From Lytechinus pictus (taxonomy: Eukaryota): DNA of 64,000 bases. Below are positions 1-12,292 of the stretch, in pieces. The notes below the pieces were generated by a model. That model worked only from the letters and a program-made list of their open reading frames with translations, was not told the DNA's origin and made no database searches. The stretch spans positions 23,312,001-23,376,000 of the forward strand of contig NC_087262.1 of NCBI RefSeq assembly GCF_037042905.1. The letters are read 5' to 3'. Position 1 is the stretch's first letter, and each line of letters starts with the position of its first letter. Both the position numbers and the translations under genes were made by a program.

Positions 1-140
1 ACAGCAGCGGTCAGTGCTTTAAATGGAAATAGATATAACGCTCAATGAGAAATTTAGTCCCACTCATCATTCTGTATGACAATATACAAAATAAAAAGCA
101 CCTATGAAATACAACTAAAATTTATTTTTAAACTCTTTTA

Positions 141-998
141 TCAATCGGAATGGTAGTGATGATGGTGGCCGATGCGCTAGCTTACTCGATCTGTAACCAG
201 ATTTTCAAACCAGAAGATTTGGTTCAAACATGGACTGTTGTCATGGTTACACAAGGATTTGGATACATGCTGGGTTCCTTGTTTGGTATGTAGTCGGATT
301 GGCTTGTGAGATTAGGTGGAGAATAAGAAAAAAGAAAGAAAGAAAGAAATGAGGAACGAAAGAAAGGATAACCGAGAACATAAATACAAGAACGAGGAGC
401 AAGCCATATAAGATTCAAGATTTAAGACTCTTATTCCATTTCCATACCAATATTGTGAAAGTACTAGACAATTTCAGATATGTTGTTGTAGGTAACACAA
501 ATAAACTTACCTCCCGGAGACTTGTCCCAATTCAAAATACCCTGACGTTCCCTACTCTTGAAGAATGAAGGGGCGATTTAATCCGACGGTGAATAAAACA
601 TGATTTACAACTTTCTGAAATTGAGTCATCTTTCCTTTTCAAATGTCATACTAATTTGATAGTTTATTCACTCATTTCAATCAATTTACTTACCCATTTC
701 TTTTTTATATCCTATAGGTCAGAGCATAGATCGGACTGGTTCATAAAACTCTGCCATTTATTCGAGCATCGGGATATATGCCCTCTGCGCTTTGGTTTGT
801 ACAGCGGTTCCACTATATCAGAAGTTCTTCGCGCCAGAAATATTTGTGATGTTTGAAAACCAAGATGCATGTAGAAGAAAACAGACAATGAAGAAACGTA
901 CAAACCAGATGACCTTGTCAATATACCTGTTTAGTCGACACGTGCAACTCGAGAAACTCTTTGTTTTTATCTTGATAAATAGAGAGAGGGAGACATAA
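141..998 (+). pseudogene. MFS/SLC16 (monocarboxylate transporter)-like pseudogene remnant, last TM helices
   Basis: Exon ~141-285 reads SIGMVVMMVADALAYSICNQIFKPEDLVQTWTVVMVTQGFGYMLGSLF-G (donor G|gtatgt at 286). Acceptor cctatag at 717 continues in phase as GQSIDRTGS*NSAIYSSIGIYALCALVCTAVPLYQKFF. This fits the SLC16 TM11-TM12 pattern G-x-x-x-D-x-T-G-S-Y, with the Tyr codon replaced by TAA (744-746). No upstream coding sequence is recognisable. Confidence 0.6.
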
Positions 999-1011
999 TT
1001 TGGGAGAGAGT

Positions 1012-1055
1012 GTAGTAGTAGTAGTAGTAGTAGCAGTAGTAGTAGTAGTAGTAGT
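1012..1055. repeat. (TAG)n microsatellite
   Basis: gtagtagtag... run with one interruption. Confidence 0.95.
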
Positions 1056-1979
1056 GGTTGTATATGATGGCGCTCTTCAATCTCTCCAGATTATACGCGC
1101 CAGTCACTTTCGTAAGTAGGGTTTGGGCGTAGGAATGCCCATGGGACGTCAAACCATTAGGCGACGGTTATATGAATACCTTAATTTATATTTGTCACCC
1201 ATACACCTATTTAGTAAGTCATACAGAATTTCATTAAATCATAGAGCTATTTGTTAATAGCTCCATGATTGAATCTTCGCCAAATAATAAATCAGTATTT
1301 ACAAATACATATTTGTAAATAACGCGCGTGATACATGATTGTTCGTGGAAAGGGCGAGGTTGGTTGGATAATTGGTGTTTATTTTAGAAACCTCTGTGTT
1401 ATGTCTATTTTTTTAATTATATACTATACTAGATCGAAAGGTGCTTTCATTGGCTACGACTAATCATCAGCCGAGAAGACTTTCTCCAACCGCAGACCAA
1501 TGTCAAAATACTGGCCCCAGTATCCGATTGACAGAAGCAATTGAGAAGAGCATCCATCCTTTCTTGTTTTAAAAAAATGTTTCCTTTCAATCATTCACGG
1601 TGATAAAGATAAAATCAAATTGAATATTTACTTATTCCCTTTATTCATATATTTCATTTAATAATTATTATCTAAAAAAAAAAAAAATTCAAGAAAGGAA
1701 GACTGGGAAAACCCCTGACAGTTCATGCCATTCTTTAAGGGGAAATTTTAATAAAGCAGCCGTAAAACCACAAACTTTTAACAGATAACCAAAACGGTGA
1801 GTTGCATAACTAAAACATAGTAGTTCACGTATATAATCGGGGTTAGTTAACAATTGTTTAATAAGGTTCGGGTCATTAAATTTTCAGTTTTGTTAACATA
1901 ATGCGTCTCTCTTTTTCATATGTTGAACATAGTAAAATATAATGTTCAATAGTTTCAAAAACTTAGCATACCTCACATA

Positions 1980-2203
1980 CACTCTAAAAAGTTTTACCCA
2001 ATATTGGATAAAATTGGAACATGTACAACTGCTGGGTATTAATGATACCAAATACTTTGTAAATTTTACGCAATGGTTCGTTAAAATTTACCTTTTAAAC
2101 TTTAACATTTTGCCCAATATAGGGGGAAAATTACACAGCATACATGCTTTTTCTCTTTCTACCCAATATTGGGTAAATTTTTTACTCAATCTTTTTTAGA
2201 ATG
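1980..2203. mobile_element. CACT-ended MITE (EnSpm/CMC-type, 2-bp TSD)
   Basis: ta|CACTCTAAAAAG...CTTTTTTAGAATG|ta; internal ACCCAATATTGG motifs. A related degenerate copy lies at ~2485-2736. Confidence 0.6.
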
Positions 2204-2746
2204 TAGGCCTGACGAGTGCTGTTTGTTTTGAAATATAATAGTTTAATTTATACTTACCCTACTCTAATTCTATGTTATCTCGGCTGTGAGCATATCATTT
2301 TTTTTCACATTGAACATAAAATGACACAGGAGGGCGGAACAAACGCCATTCTGGGATTTTAGGCAATATATTATCCTGACACTCTACATGTACCTCATCA
2401 CTACAGGCATGAAGTTTAAAATGTCCCTCACCTTCCTTCTATTCGTGTCGGTTCGTATGATAAGTAAAAACCTCTCTTTATTTCAATCTAAAAAATATTG
2501 GGTGAAAATAATCCATGAGGGTAATTATGTGTCCAACCGACATTGGGCATTTCTTTTGGGCATTTTTATTTATCCAGTGTGATGACAATTTTGCCCATTC
2601 TAAATTAATTGCTGCTGAATTTTTTCAACCTTACTGGACAATATGCTCCCGCATTGGGTAAAATACTGCCCAAAATTGGTTGGACATATAATTATCCTCG
2701 TGCTGGTTAGAATTTTACCCAATATTTTTTACAGTGTTGGATGGTA

Positions 2747-3190
2747 TTAAGTGCTAAACAATAGATAATATCTAACTTTATCATTTAACAATTTTCTTTG
2801 AAGATACATGGGTAATTCACCGATCAAAACTTGTAGAGACTCTAACATGTCTAATGATGCATTGTATATTGTGCCTGTAATGATTTTCAAAGCTCTATAT
2901 TGGAGAGGGTCAATTTTTTTTCTTTCTTTTATACAAGCGGACTCATACATTTCACTTCTATAGTCTAAAATAGATAAAATAAATCTATTATATATCATCA
3001 TCAAAATTTGATACTTATCCCCCTTGAAGTGCCCGAAACACAACGTCATAAATTTAACCTTTTCTTACATTTACCAATAATCGCATTAATATGGACAGAC
3101 CAGGTTATTATAGAGTCTGCCCACATACCAAGAAATTTAGACTGCTCGCAATGAGGCAAAAGATGCCCATTTATTTTCAAAAATAATATC
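2747..3190 (-). mobile_element. Degenerate LINE ORF2 fragment (post-RT region)
   Basis: LKINGHLLPHCEQSKFLGMWADSIITWSVHINAIIGKCKKRLNL, then frameshift to IYNRFILSILDY...LQYRALKIITG. This is the typical KFLG...W..HI / SxLDY segment of LINE ORF2. Confidence 0.8.
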
Positions 3191-3513
3191 TTTGAAGAGA
3201 GAGAGAGAGAGACATGTAGAGGGGGAGGGGGTGAGAAAAATGTAAGAGAGAAATGTACAGAGGGAGGGGTGTGTAGAATACATATTTTTTGATAATTTAT
3301 ATTGTTCAAAAATCATTTGAATCGTAATTTCTTAAATAATTTAGCGGTGAAGGTCCTCTTTAATTATTTGTCCTCATTTTCCTACCAATACCTCGTTCTC
3401 AATGTCGTGCGATCCTTTACGAAAGCCACGATTGGCCTTTCGTAGCTGATCGCGAACATTTGTGAACCATTAAAAAAAATTATCTGATCAATACAATTGC
3501 CACGACTGATCTG

Positions 3514-3658
3514 GGGCCCGTTGCAGAAAGAGTTGCGATCAAACGCAACTAAAAAAATCTTGCGCAACTTGATTTTCAGCCAATGAAGAACCCTTATTCG
3601 GGACTTGCGCTTGATATTTTGACTTGCGTTTAAACGCAACTCTTTCTGCAACAGGCCC
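3514..3658. mobile_element. PIF/Harbinger-type MITE copy 1
   Basis: TIR GGGCCCGTTGCAGAAAGAGTTGCG ... CGCAACTCTTTCTGCAACAGGCCC; 3-bp TSD CTG. Confidence 0.8.
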
Positions 3659-3686
3659 CTGATACGATCTGATACAATGTGATAAG

Positions 3687-3831
3687 GGGTCCGTTGCAGA
3701 AAGAGTTGCAATCAAACGCAACTTAAAAAATCATGCGCAACTTGATTTTCAACCAATCAACAGCGCGCATTTGGGACTTGCGATTGATATTTTGACTTGC
3801 GTTTAAACGCAACTCTTTCTGCAACGGACCC
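3687..3831. mobile_element. PIF/Harbinger-type MITE copy 2 (same family)
   Basis: TIR GGGTCCGTTGCAGAAAGAGTTGC ... GCAACTCTTTCTGCAACGGACCC; 3-bp TSD AAG, different from copy 1, so an independent insertion. Confidence 0.8.
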
Positions 3832-5188
3832 AAGATCAATACGATCATAATTTAGTACGCTGTTTGAATCGTGGGGCAATCGCGACAGTGGGAACTAAGT
3901 ATAACAAGTGACTTTCACTAGGAATGAACAATATTTTTCTTTATTAATTTTCAAATCTATTTTGCGGTTTGTTGTCAAACATCTGACGGTACAGCTGTAC
4001 TTAATTGTCTGCACACCTCATACTTGGGGCCGGTAACACAAAGCATAGCGATTGATCGTGAGACTGATCTCTGCGATTAATTACATTGAACACTGTACAT
4101 GATCAGTCGTAAAGGTCAACCCCACGATCAGTCTTTAAGCTTTATGTTACCCGGCTCTGATGCAATTATGGTAAGATATACGTGGAGTATATACCAGCAT
4201 AATTCTCAAAACAAACGAGAACATGATACATCTGAATCAACGTTTAATGGTTGGGAATGGTGAGCAATGCATGCATGGTTATTTTTATGTGTCTCAGTCG
4301 TATTTTTATATGGTGGTGGTGGGGGGGGGGGGGGAGATGGTACAAAACCAAAGGTATTTTTTCGACCTTCAGTAATAGGCCCTATATTATGATATTAAAT
4401 GAATCTTGTAATATTGCATTTTGAACATTTTAGAAAGTGATGGAAAATGGTCAACGAATGATATCAGGCGCATTCATCACTCGGGAGCAATACCAAAGTA
4501 TTATGATAGAGAGAGAGAGAGGGGGGGGGGGATAAGCGACTTTAACAGCACATGCGACGTAAATTTCCCCCTCTTAATTGAAATACATGGGTAACATGGG
4601 GTTACACAAAGCAGACTCTTCTCCTTACAATACTCTACGTGCTCTTTTTTTTTTTTTTCCCCTTTTATTCTTCACTTTTTACTACTTAAAATCATTGGGT
4701 GCGGTCGGCTCCTAATCCTCCCCCTACCGTAGCGTCACCCCACTTCATATCGAGTTTTATCCTCGTATGTTGCATTTGTGAACCTAATTGTTTTCAAACC
4801 CTCCCAATCTTCTTCCTCTTCTGGAAACAGTACAGGACACCGTCTGGTGTATTGTCGTACCCTCGATTCAAACGAAAATTTTCAATGGAAAGTTAACGCG
4901 AAAATCTATTTAAGAATATGAATATATAAGGGACGCTGATTCCCTTCCCCCCTCCCTACCCTTAAAACGTTTAAGTGCTACGCAGCTGCGTTTAAATTAC
5001 CTCGACTGTTTTCCAGCCGTATCAATTACGGGTATGGTATAATTATAGTGGTGTCTACGTCTGTAGTGTATTCAAACCAAGGACCAGCTGAAAATGAGAA
5101 GGTTGTAGTAAATATACACAAGATCTGTAAACGAAAACAAAAAAATGAAATAGAAATATTTCTACTAATCGCATTTAAATAGATCGTC

Positions 5189-8100
5189 ATGGATTCGGAT
5201 ACTTCAACGAACTTACAACGTCTGCCCGACATGGTAGCGCTACTACTAGATGATGTCGTGAAGTATTCAGTGTCGGCTTCAGGATTCGCGGTGTTGGTTG
5301 TCGTTTTCTTCGTGTATTGTGTCTGTTGTCATCGTCGAGATGGTAGCGAACGCGATGTCAACCGGGTGCCCTATGATTGCTTGTTTATCGGTAAGTCACT
5401 CATGATCATGATTTACCTCCAAAATGATATAGGAATGTGTTGCATTATTTGTAGTCCGTTATTTATTGGTTATTTGTAAATCACATTTTCGTACGCCACA
5501 TGCACAGTGTGAGACTAGATAAATCTTGTATTTATCAACCGGTATATTTAAAAGTAGTGAATACTAATCCATTTTCGATGAACCTTCACTTAAAGGTGAC
5601 TTTAATGAAGCTACAGTCATACCAACGGAAATGACCCCAAACCGCCAAATTTGATGTAATTGAACAGTGTTGAAAACAACTTCATGTCTTAAATCTGAAA
5701 TCTGTTTCACCTGTATGATTGTTGCTATTCATCCTTGATCTTTTAACTTCTGTAACATGGCAATCAACAGAGCCGTTAACAGAGTTCACCAAACCCGGTT
5801 TGGATGGGTTATACCAACATTGCGTACTTTCTTTTGAATTGGGGTTTTCGTATTAAAGAAAGTATTATGTGCAATTGAAATTCGGTTGGCAGAACTCTCT
5901 TTAATAATGGCTCTGGCAATCAAGTCTTAAAAGCGCCATCGATAAAAATATATTATGTTCCGCGGTACTCTGCGATTACTACCGAGGCCTGTAACGTCAT
6001 GCTTGTTTCTACTTCCCTCTCATTTATTTAGATACCACAATTCGCCACGCGATGTCATTGATCACGTGGTACTGCCGTGTACGGTTGAGACGTCACAACA
6101 TGGACACCGAAAATAGGAAGCTTCTTAATGAGATACACGCTTTGTGTCAGACTAAAGCAGCACAGCGCCCCCAAGATCAGCACCCGACCCTGATCAGTGC
6201 ATCCGTCAACACCAGTCTTGACCTATTCTTCCGGGTCCAGAAGTACCCACCGGGATCAGAGGTCATTGTGACCGCAATCAACACGTCCGACACCGTGCAG
6301 GTACTGCTGCATCATGGACTTCAGGTGATTCCTTTGGATGTTACAAGGGGTCAGCTCTCACCAGACCTTGAAGCCCTGAGGCTTCTCATCAATGAAAGCA
6401 CGGTGGCTATACTAGTGACGCACCTATTTGGGCGGGTGTGTGACCTGTCGGCCGTCACCGAACTCGCCCATGAGCATGGGGTTCATGTTCTTGAAGACTG
6501 TTCCCAGGCCTGCATGGCGCCAGCCTATTCCACGAATCCAGAATCTGATCTCGTATTCTTCAACTTTGGGGTGATCTACCCGTGCACTGCGTTCGGTGGC
6601 GGCATCACAAGGATCAAGGATAAATATCTCCTTGAGAAAATGGACAAACTACAGGAAACATATAGCCAAGGATCTGAAGTAGAGTATATCCGAAAGGCTT
6701 TTAAATGCACCTTAACCGCAAAAGCTCTCCAGTATCCTCGCCTTTTATCTATGTTTTCTTCTTTGGCCAGACTTGTTCTTGTTGATCTCAAAAAGATCGT
6801 CAATGATTCCTTAACATCGCCCCCTACGGCTGGTCTGGTGCGTAATATGCGTCAGAGTCCTCCAACTTCGATGACATTTATGCTTTTTCAAAGGTGAAAA
6901 ATAATATGTCTAGATCCACATCACTTTAATGTTTATTTAGATGTAAATCATTTTTAAAAATGAATGTTTATAATACATACACAATTCAGTCAAAATAATC
7001 TATGTATTTATTATTCATTTGTTTTTTAATTACGATCTAACCAATTTTACCTTATTTTTGATGGCAGCGAATAGCCACTGCCCGCGATCAAACTATAACT
7101 TTTCATTTTAGAAAGAGGGAAAAAGAACATCTTCATTCCTAAAAAGTTACTCAAAAATTCAATCCCTGTAAACTTGTTCATCAATACTAAATTAATTGAT
7201 GATAGAGATAATTTATGCCTGTGATATCGATGTCCCTTTCTTGTTGTTTCCACGAACAGATTAAAGCATTTCGACTCGAATGGCGTGGAGAGATCTCAAG
7301 ATGTCGGGGACTATGTTTCAGATAGGCTTCCGCAGGTAGCAGGTCAGATAGGCAACGACGCCCTCATTAGAGGATACTGGCTTTTCCCAATCCTTGTTGT
7401 GAGTACTCTTATGATTTTTCATTTTTGGATTACACTAATAGAAAGATATTAAAATCTTTCTTTACTATTTTTTTTCAAAGTCTAGAAGCATGATTATGTA
7501 TCTTTCTAAATTTTTCTTCCCCCTTTATCTCGTTTGTGAAAGACAGGGGATTGCAATTTTGAACTGTACGGAATAAGAAAAGCGATTTAGAATTCTTCGT
7601 TTCTTTCACTTATACTTCTTTATTGATTATGAATAGTAGTTCATTAAATACTGCAAGCGAATTTGGAATATATCACATGGAAATTAATTTTGAGAAAAAT
7701 GTTAAAACATAATTTGAACAGATATCAGCATACACCGTGAAGCGAATTCGGCATTTGCTATATCGATATTTAATTAACCGAACACATTTGTACATTTATG
7801 TATAGAAGAGTGTTCATATTCACTCCTCATTGATATCAACCATTAACATTGGTTCTTTTCTCCCTTTTGACCGATGATTTCTTAGGATAATCCAGATGAA
7901 GTCTGTCAGCGTCTCAATCGACTTGGTATCGCAGCTGCAAGAGGCCTTGCCCAGATCGAGCTAATTGTCTCCCCAAGTACAACTCCAGATGCTCCACCAA
8001 CGAATCTAGTAGGCATCGATGAGACCCGATGCCAACCTACCACGGCATCCTTCATCATGGACCACATCATCTACCTTCCCGTCCACCGAGGCGTACCGAG

Positions 8101-8344
8101 ACACCACCTCGATCAAGTCTGCCTAGCTGTTGAGATCGTCCTCAATAAGCTTGCCATCCTCGCCCGCTACCACGCCAGCCTTGGTTCGAGACAGAAGGAA
8201 ACGCATCATGGTCCATATGGACCGATCACACCAAGAAGGAACAAGGAATCGTGTCGGAGGCGGATGGTTTCGTCTAATCGAAACGCAACTTCAAAGATGC
8301 AGCAGGCCATCGCAGCTAACGCCAATAGAAACGATTTGACATAG
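5189..8344 (+). CDS. DegT/DnrJ/EryC1/StrS-family (PLP-dependent sugar aminotransferase fold) protein, 553 aa, N-terminal TM anchor, catalytic Lys apparently absent
   Basis: Exons 5189-5390, 6032-6893, 7260-7398, 7886-8344. All introns are GT-AG with matching phases (1, 2, 0); total 1662 nt. Motifs: PPGSEVIVTA, TVAILVTHLFG, HGVHVLEDCSQA, DLVFFNFGVIYPCTAFGGG, YWLFPILV, IIYLPVH. AATAAA at 8417. Confidence 0.85.
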
Positions 8345-10370
8345 CCATGATTCTCAAGTACCGTTCACACTTATACCTTCCGCCATGATCCGATTACGGG
8401 AATCAGTCTCTATATCAATAAATCCTAACATGATGTTCCTGGTTAAAGTTCTCGTGTGAGGTTCGACTTACTGTGAATCCTGGTGAGCTTTTCATCTACA
8501 TTGCCGTTTGAGTTATCAGATCTTACACTTTTGCTAAAATTTAATTGGCTTTGAAGCATATAAATATAGGTGTTGACTGGTGCTATGCTAACTGTAGGAT
8601 GCGTCGGATAAACGCCAATCATGAACGATCCCCGGAAAAATAATCACACAACTTCTCTGATGTCACTTTAACTTGGAACCATTAACATACTGCTTGGACC
8701 TTCTCAAAGAAGAAAGGCCTTTAATACTAATTTCTATTTTACTTTCGTTTACTTTCTCTTCAGATGTTACATGCGACTATTCAAAAACTCATACAACCAT
8801 TTCGAAGCTATACATGAAACGCATTTTAGGGGTCGAGAAGTAGTATGCGGTTTATATTATGAGTTATGTTCAATCTTTGCCATCAAATCAGAGAATTTCT
8901 AGAGGGATATTGCTTTGAAAAGACAAATATAAAAATAACTAAAGAAGGCTAGTTGATGGCACCGCAGGGTTACCAGTCAGCTAGATTATGGACGTCAAAC
9001 ATATCATCAAAACCTTGATGATATGAATAGTTCCCTCTTCCATGTCTTCCTTTTTAAGAAGTTCATTTTGCATTATAAGGAAAGTATCGAACATCGCCTT
9101 AAAAGAGTTTACCTCGCCCTTACTGCGGCAGCCCGAACACGTACTGTGTTCGGGCTGCGTTGTGATTCACCCCGGCTAACCAGATCAAACCAGATGAGCA
9201 TCGGGAATCAATCAAAAATACATAAAATTGCACAATTAAGGAATCAATACATACTTACAACTTAAGCCGCAATATGGGCGGCCCTCAAAACTTCGAAATA
9301 ATTCCCCAAAACGAAGCAAAAACGTCGGAAAATTTTGCCGGTGTGCATTAAAAGTCGTTTGTACAGGAAGCAATGGAGGATCGATATAGCCTTTTGACGA
9401 GGCAACGAGATAAATTGATTTTTATCTTCGTGCTAGCAGAAAACAAAAACATTGTCTCTATATTTAAATTAGTTTCTTTATCATCTTTTTTTTTTCGAGA
9501 GAGATTATGCACGTGGTGTCGCACATTTTTTTTAATATGCATAATTGAAAACAATTGATACACCTTGTGAGTAAAAAGATAATTTGATAGCCTATTTTAT
9601 GTGGTTTGTATTGACGCTTGAAATGATGAAGCCTATTCTTTGCAAATAATTTATTTCCTTGTATTATATTAAGAAGTACTAGTAATTTGATATCATTTCA
9701 TGTTTGTATTTTAGTATTATTCTATTGTTGTAAATTGTTGTACAAAATAATTATTCAGCCTTTGGCTGCGAGGCATGTTTTTAACAAACCATTATTGAAT
9801 TGATTTTAGCCATATATATGGCTGCTATTTTTTCAAGCATTCAGCTTACGGTAGCTGGTCTCTGCATTTGAATTCATTTGTTATTGTTTACATAAATTAT
9901 GTCTATATCTTCTTATAACCATAGGCGGCGGAAGTGGGGGCGGGGGGAGTATCCCCCCTAAATTTTAGGTGGGGTTACGAACCCCCCTAAATTTTTTGTT
10001 GATAACCTTTTTTTTTTGGCTTCAATTTTTTTTGCTTGTCATTTTTTTTTGCTTTTCAAAAAAATGTGGTGCCCCCTAAAATTGTTGGCTTCCACCGCCA
10101 ACTACATTGTCACCGTTGTAATTTGATCATTATGTATGTTTGATTTTAAATAATTGTTATAAATTTGCAATTTTGAATAAATGCAGAAATACCTGCTTTA
10201 AAAAGAAAGAGAAATGCTCGCATATATGACGTCACAAAAAAAATAAAATAAAACTCTATTATTAGCCCGGGGGTGGTGGCTCAACTTACCCCGCCTTCCC
10301 CTATATATATATATACATTTTTTTTTTTACCACAACCGGCTGGATACGTCTTTCTCAGGCAACATCTTCC

Positions 10371-11021
10371 CACTAGCGTACCTATACTGCCCCCCCCTTA
10401 CGAGTCACACTCACAACCCATGCAAGGGACGTGTCCCTAGCTATGCCCCCCCCCCCCGATGAGTCACAACTGATCCCTGACAAGCCACCATAGTGGCCCC
10501 CTCCTTTGAAGTTGAATACCTTCTTTTTTCTTCTTTTTTTTTGCTTGTCAATTTTTTTCTGGTGCGAAATGTCTTTTACATCCTGTTGAGGATCATTTTT
10601 TTTTCCTTTTTTTTTTTCTGGTACGAAATCCTATAGGCCTATTTGTGGTTTAAGTCAAGACCTTTTCTAGGCGTGTCAAATTTGAGTCACACTCACAACC
10701 CATGCAAGGGACGTGTCCCTAGCTATGCCCCCCCCCCCGATGAGTCACAACTGATCCCTGACAAGCCACCATAGTGGCCCCCTCCTTTGAAGTTGAATAC
10801 CTTCTTTTTTCTTCTTTTTTTTTGCTTGTCAATTTTTTTCTGGTGCGAAATGTCCTTTACATCCTGTTGAGGATCATTTTTTTTCCTGTTTTTTTTTTCT
10901 GGTACGAAATCCTTTAGGCCTATTTGTGGTTTAAGTCAAGACCTTTTCTAGGCGTGTCAAATTTTTGGGCGGACGATTTTGCCCCCCCCCCCCCCCGTGG
11001 AAAATCCTAGGTACGCTACTG
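10371..11021. mobile_element. hAT-type non-autonomous element with internal 282-bp tandem duplication
   Basis: Ends CACTAGCGTACCTA ... TAGGTACGCTACTG; 8-bp TSD CATCTTCC (10363-10370, 11022-11029). Near-identical units start at 10402 and 10684. Confidence 0.85.
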
Positions 11022-11319
11022 CATCTTCCTCTTATACATTTTTAGTTCTTGTTTTGCGACATTTATATATTTAGAGCATGAAAAATAATAGCAAAAACAT
11101 GCAGCCATCGACTTAGCAATGGATCTCATTTCCACCATTTTTTAAAACAAAAGCTGATCGAATCGGCTTGGAAAAAAAATCACCGCGCATCACTGCACCG
11201 GTAGCGACGTCCCGTATCGTATTATACGGTATACCGCCGCGCCTCGCGCGCGCCACGTGTGTTGCATTGAAGTATTGTCGTCCTGTTCAAGAGTCCACTT
11301 TCGGATTCAAGGATTCAAG

Positions 11320-11520
11320 ATGAATTCTTCAAAATGTGCTATGTGCCTGTCATCTTTTGTGAAAGGATCAAAGGGATATGGTCGGGTAAGACTTGCCACT
11401 TTTACTTCTCCTAGGACAGCCCATCGATTTTGCCCCAAAACTGTAATTTGCGACAATTATGTTTGTCGAAAGTGCGAGCGCTTCATTGTCAAATTGGATG
11501 GTGCTGTTTACGTGGTTTAG
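11320..11520 (+). pseudogene. C2C2 zinc-finger N-terminal fragment, probably transposon-derived
   Basis: MNSSKCAMC...GYGRVRL...NYVCRKCERFIVKL (CxxC...CxxC), preceded by a CpG-rich stretch at 11180-11260. No continuation found. Confidence 0.45.
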
Positions 11521-12138
11521 TTATTTGCATTTTTTAAAAGCAATAAATCATACTTTAGAGTGACAATGCAAAAGATTCTGAAGAAGTATGTGTAGAGACT
11601 TAGAATAGGCCCTATATTTCAAATTAGAGCAGAAAGATTAATTTATGAACCATCTATTCCATCTCATTTAGAATTAGCTTCACGGTACCGTACGCCATGA
11701 CGTATTTTTCTTTACTTGGGCAAGTGTTGGTCCTGAAAAGGACCACCCAATCTCTTTAAAAAATAATAAAAAAAGACGTGTTGCATTTTGACCAAGAAAG
11801 ATCAGTATGGAATCCAGTTGAGTACTACTAGATTAGGACACAAGTAATAATATTGTGACCAGTAACAAACTCCAGTAGACTAATATTATATTAAGACCAC
11901 TTTAATTTCGAGTTAGTAATTCAAGATCAGTTTGACAAGTGGAATTTCAACTTGTAACTTTTTAAATTGACTGGTCTAGCTTAGTTGATCCAGTCTAATT
12001 TCATATGGACAAATATACGCGCAGCACTGAACCAGTAAGACAAGTAACCAATGTTGCAATTTCCAGATCGAGTTTCCAGTTGAAATTCTACTGGTCAGAC
12101 TGGTCCAGTTTAAACTGGTTCTTTGTGATTTATTACTT

Positions 12139-12292
12139 TCTCCATTAGGTTGTGATGGAGGGCAAAGCACGTGCTCTTTCCGTAACCCGTTGGGAGAATC
12201 ACGAGACTGTCGTTTCCTCTCTGGGCCTCTTCCAGGGCCTGTTTTTGAGGCACCTTTAATTTTATTGCAAATTCTTCTTCAAGTTCCTCCAT
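12139..12292 (-). pseudogene. RecQ-like SF2 helicase N-terminal fragment (Q motif and motif I), probably transposon-derived
   Basis: LKVPQKQALEEAQRGNDSLVILPTGYGKSTCF matches RecQ motif 0/I (Q...G.D...LPTGxGKSxCF). A possible donor follows (GAGAAA|gtaata). No DEAH exon is present. Confidence 0.75.

Noticed and set aside
6052-6897. Bacterial contamination or very recent HGT
   Set aside because: The gene has three spliceosomal introns and sits among host-type repeats.
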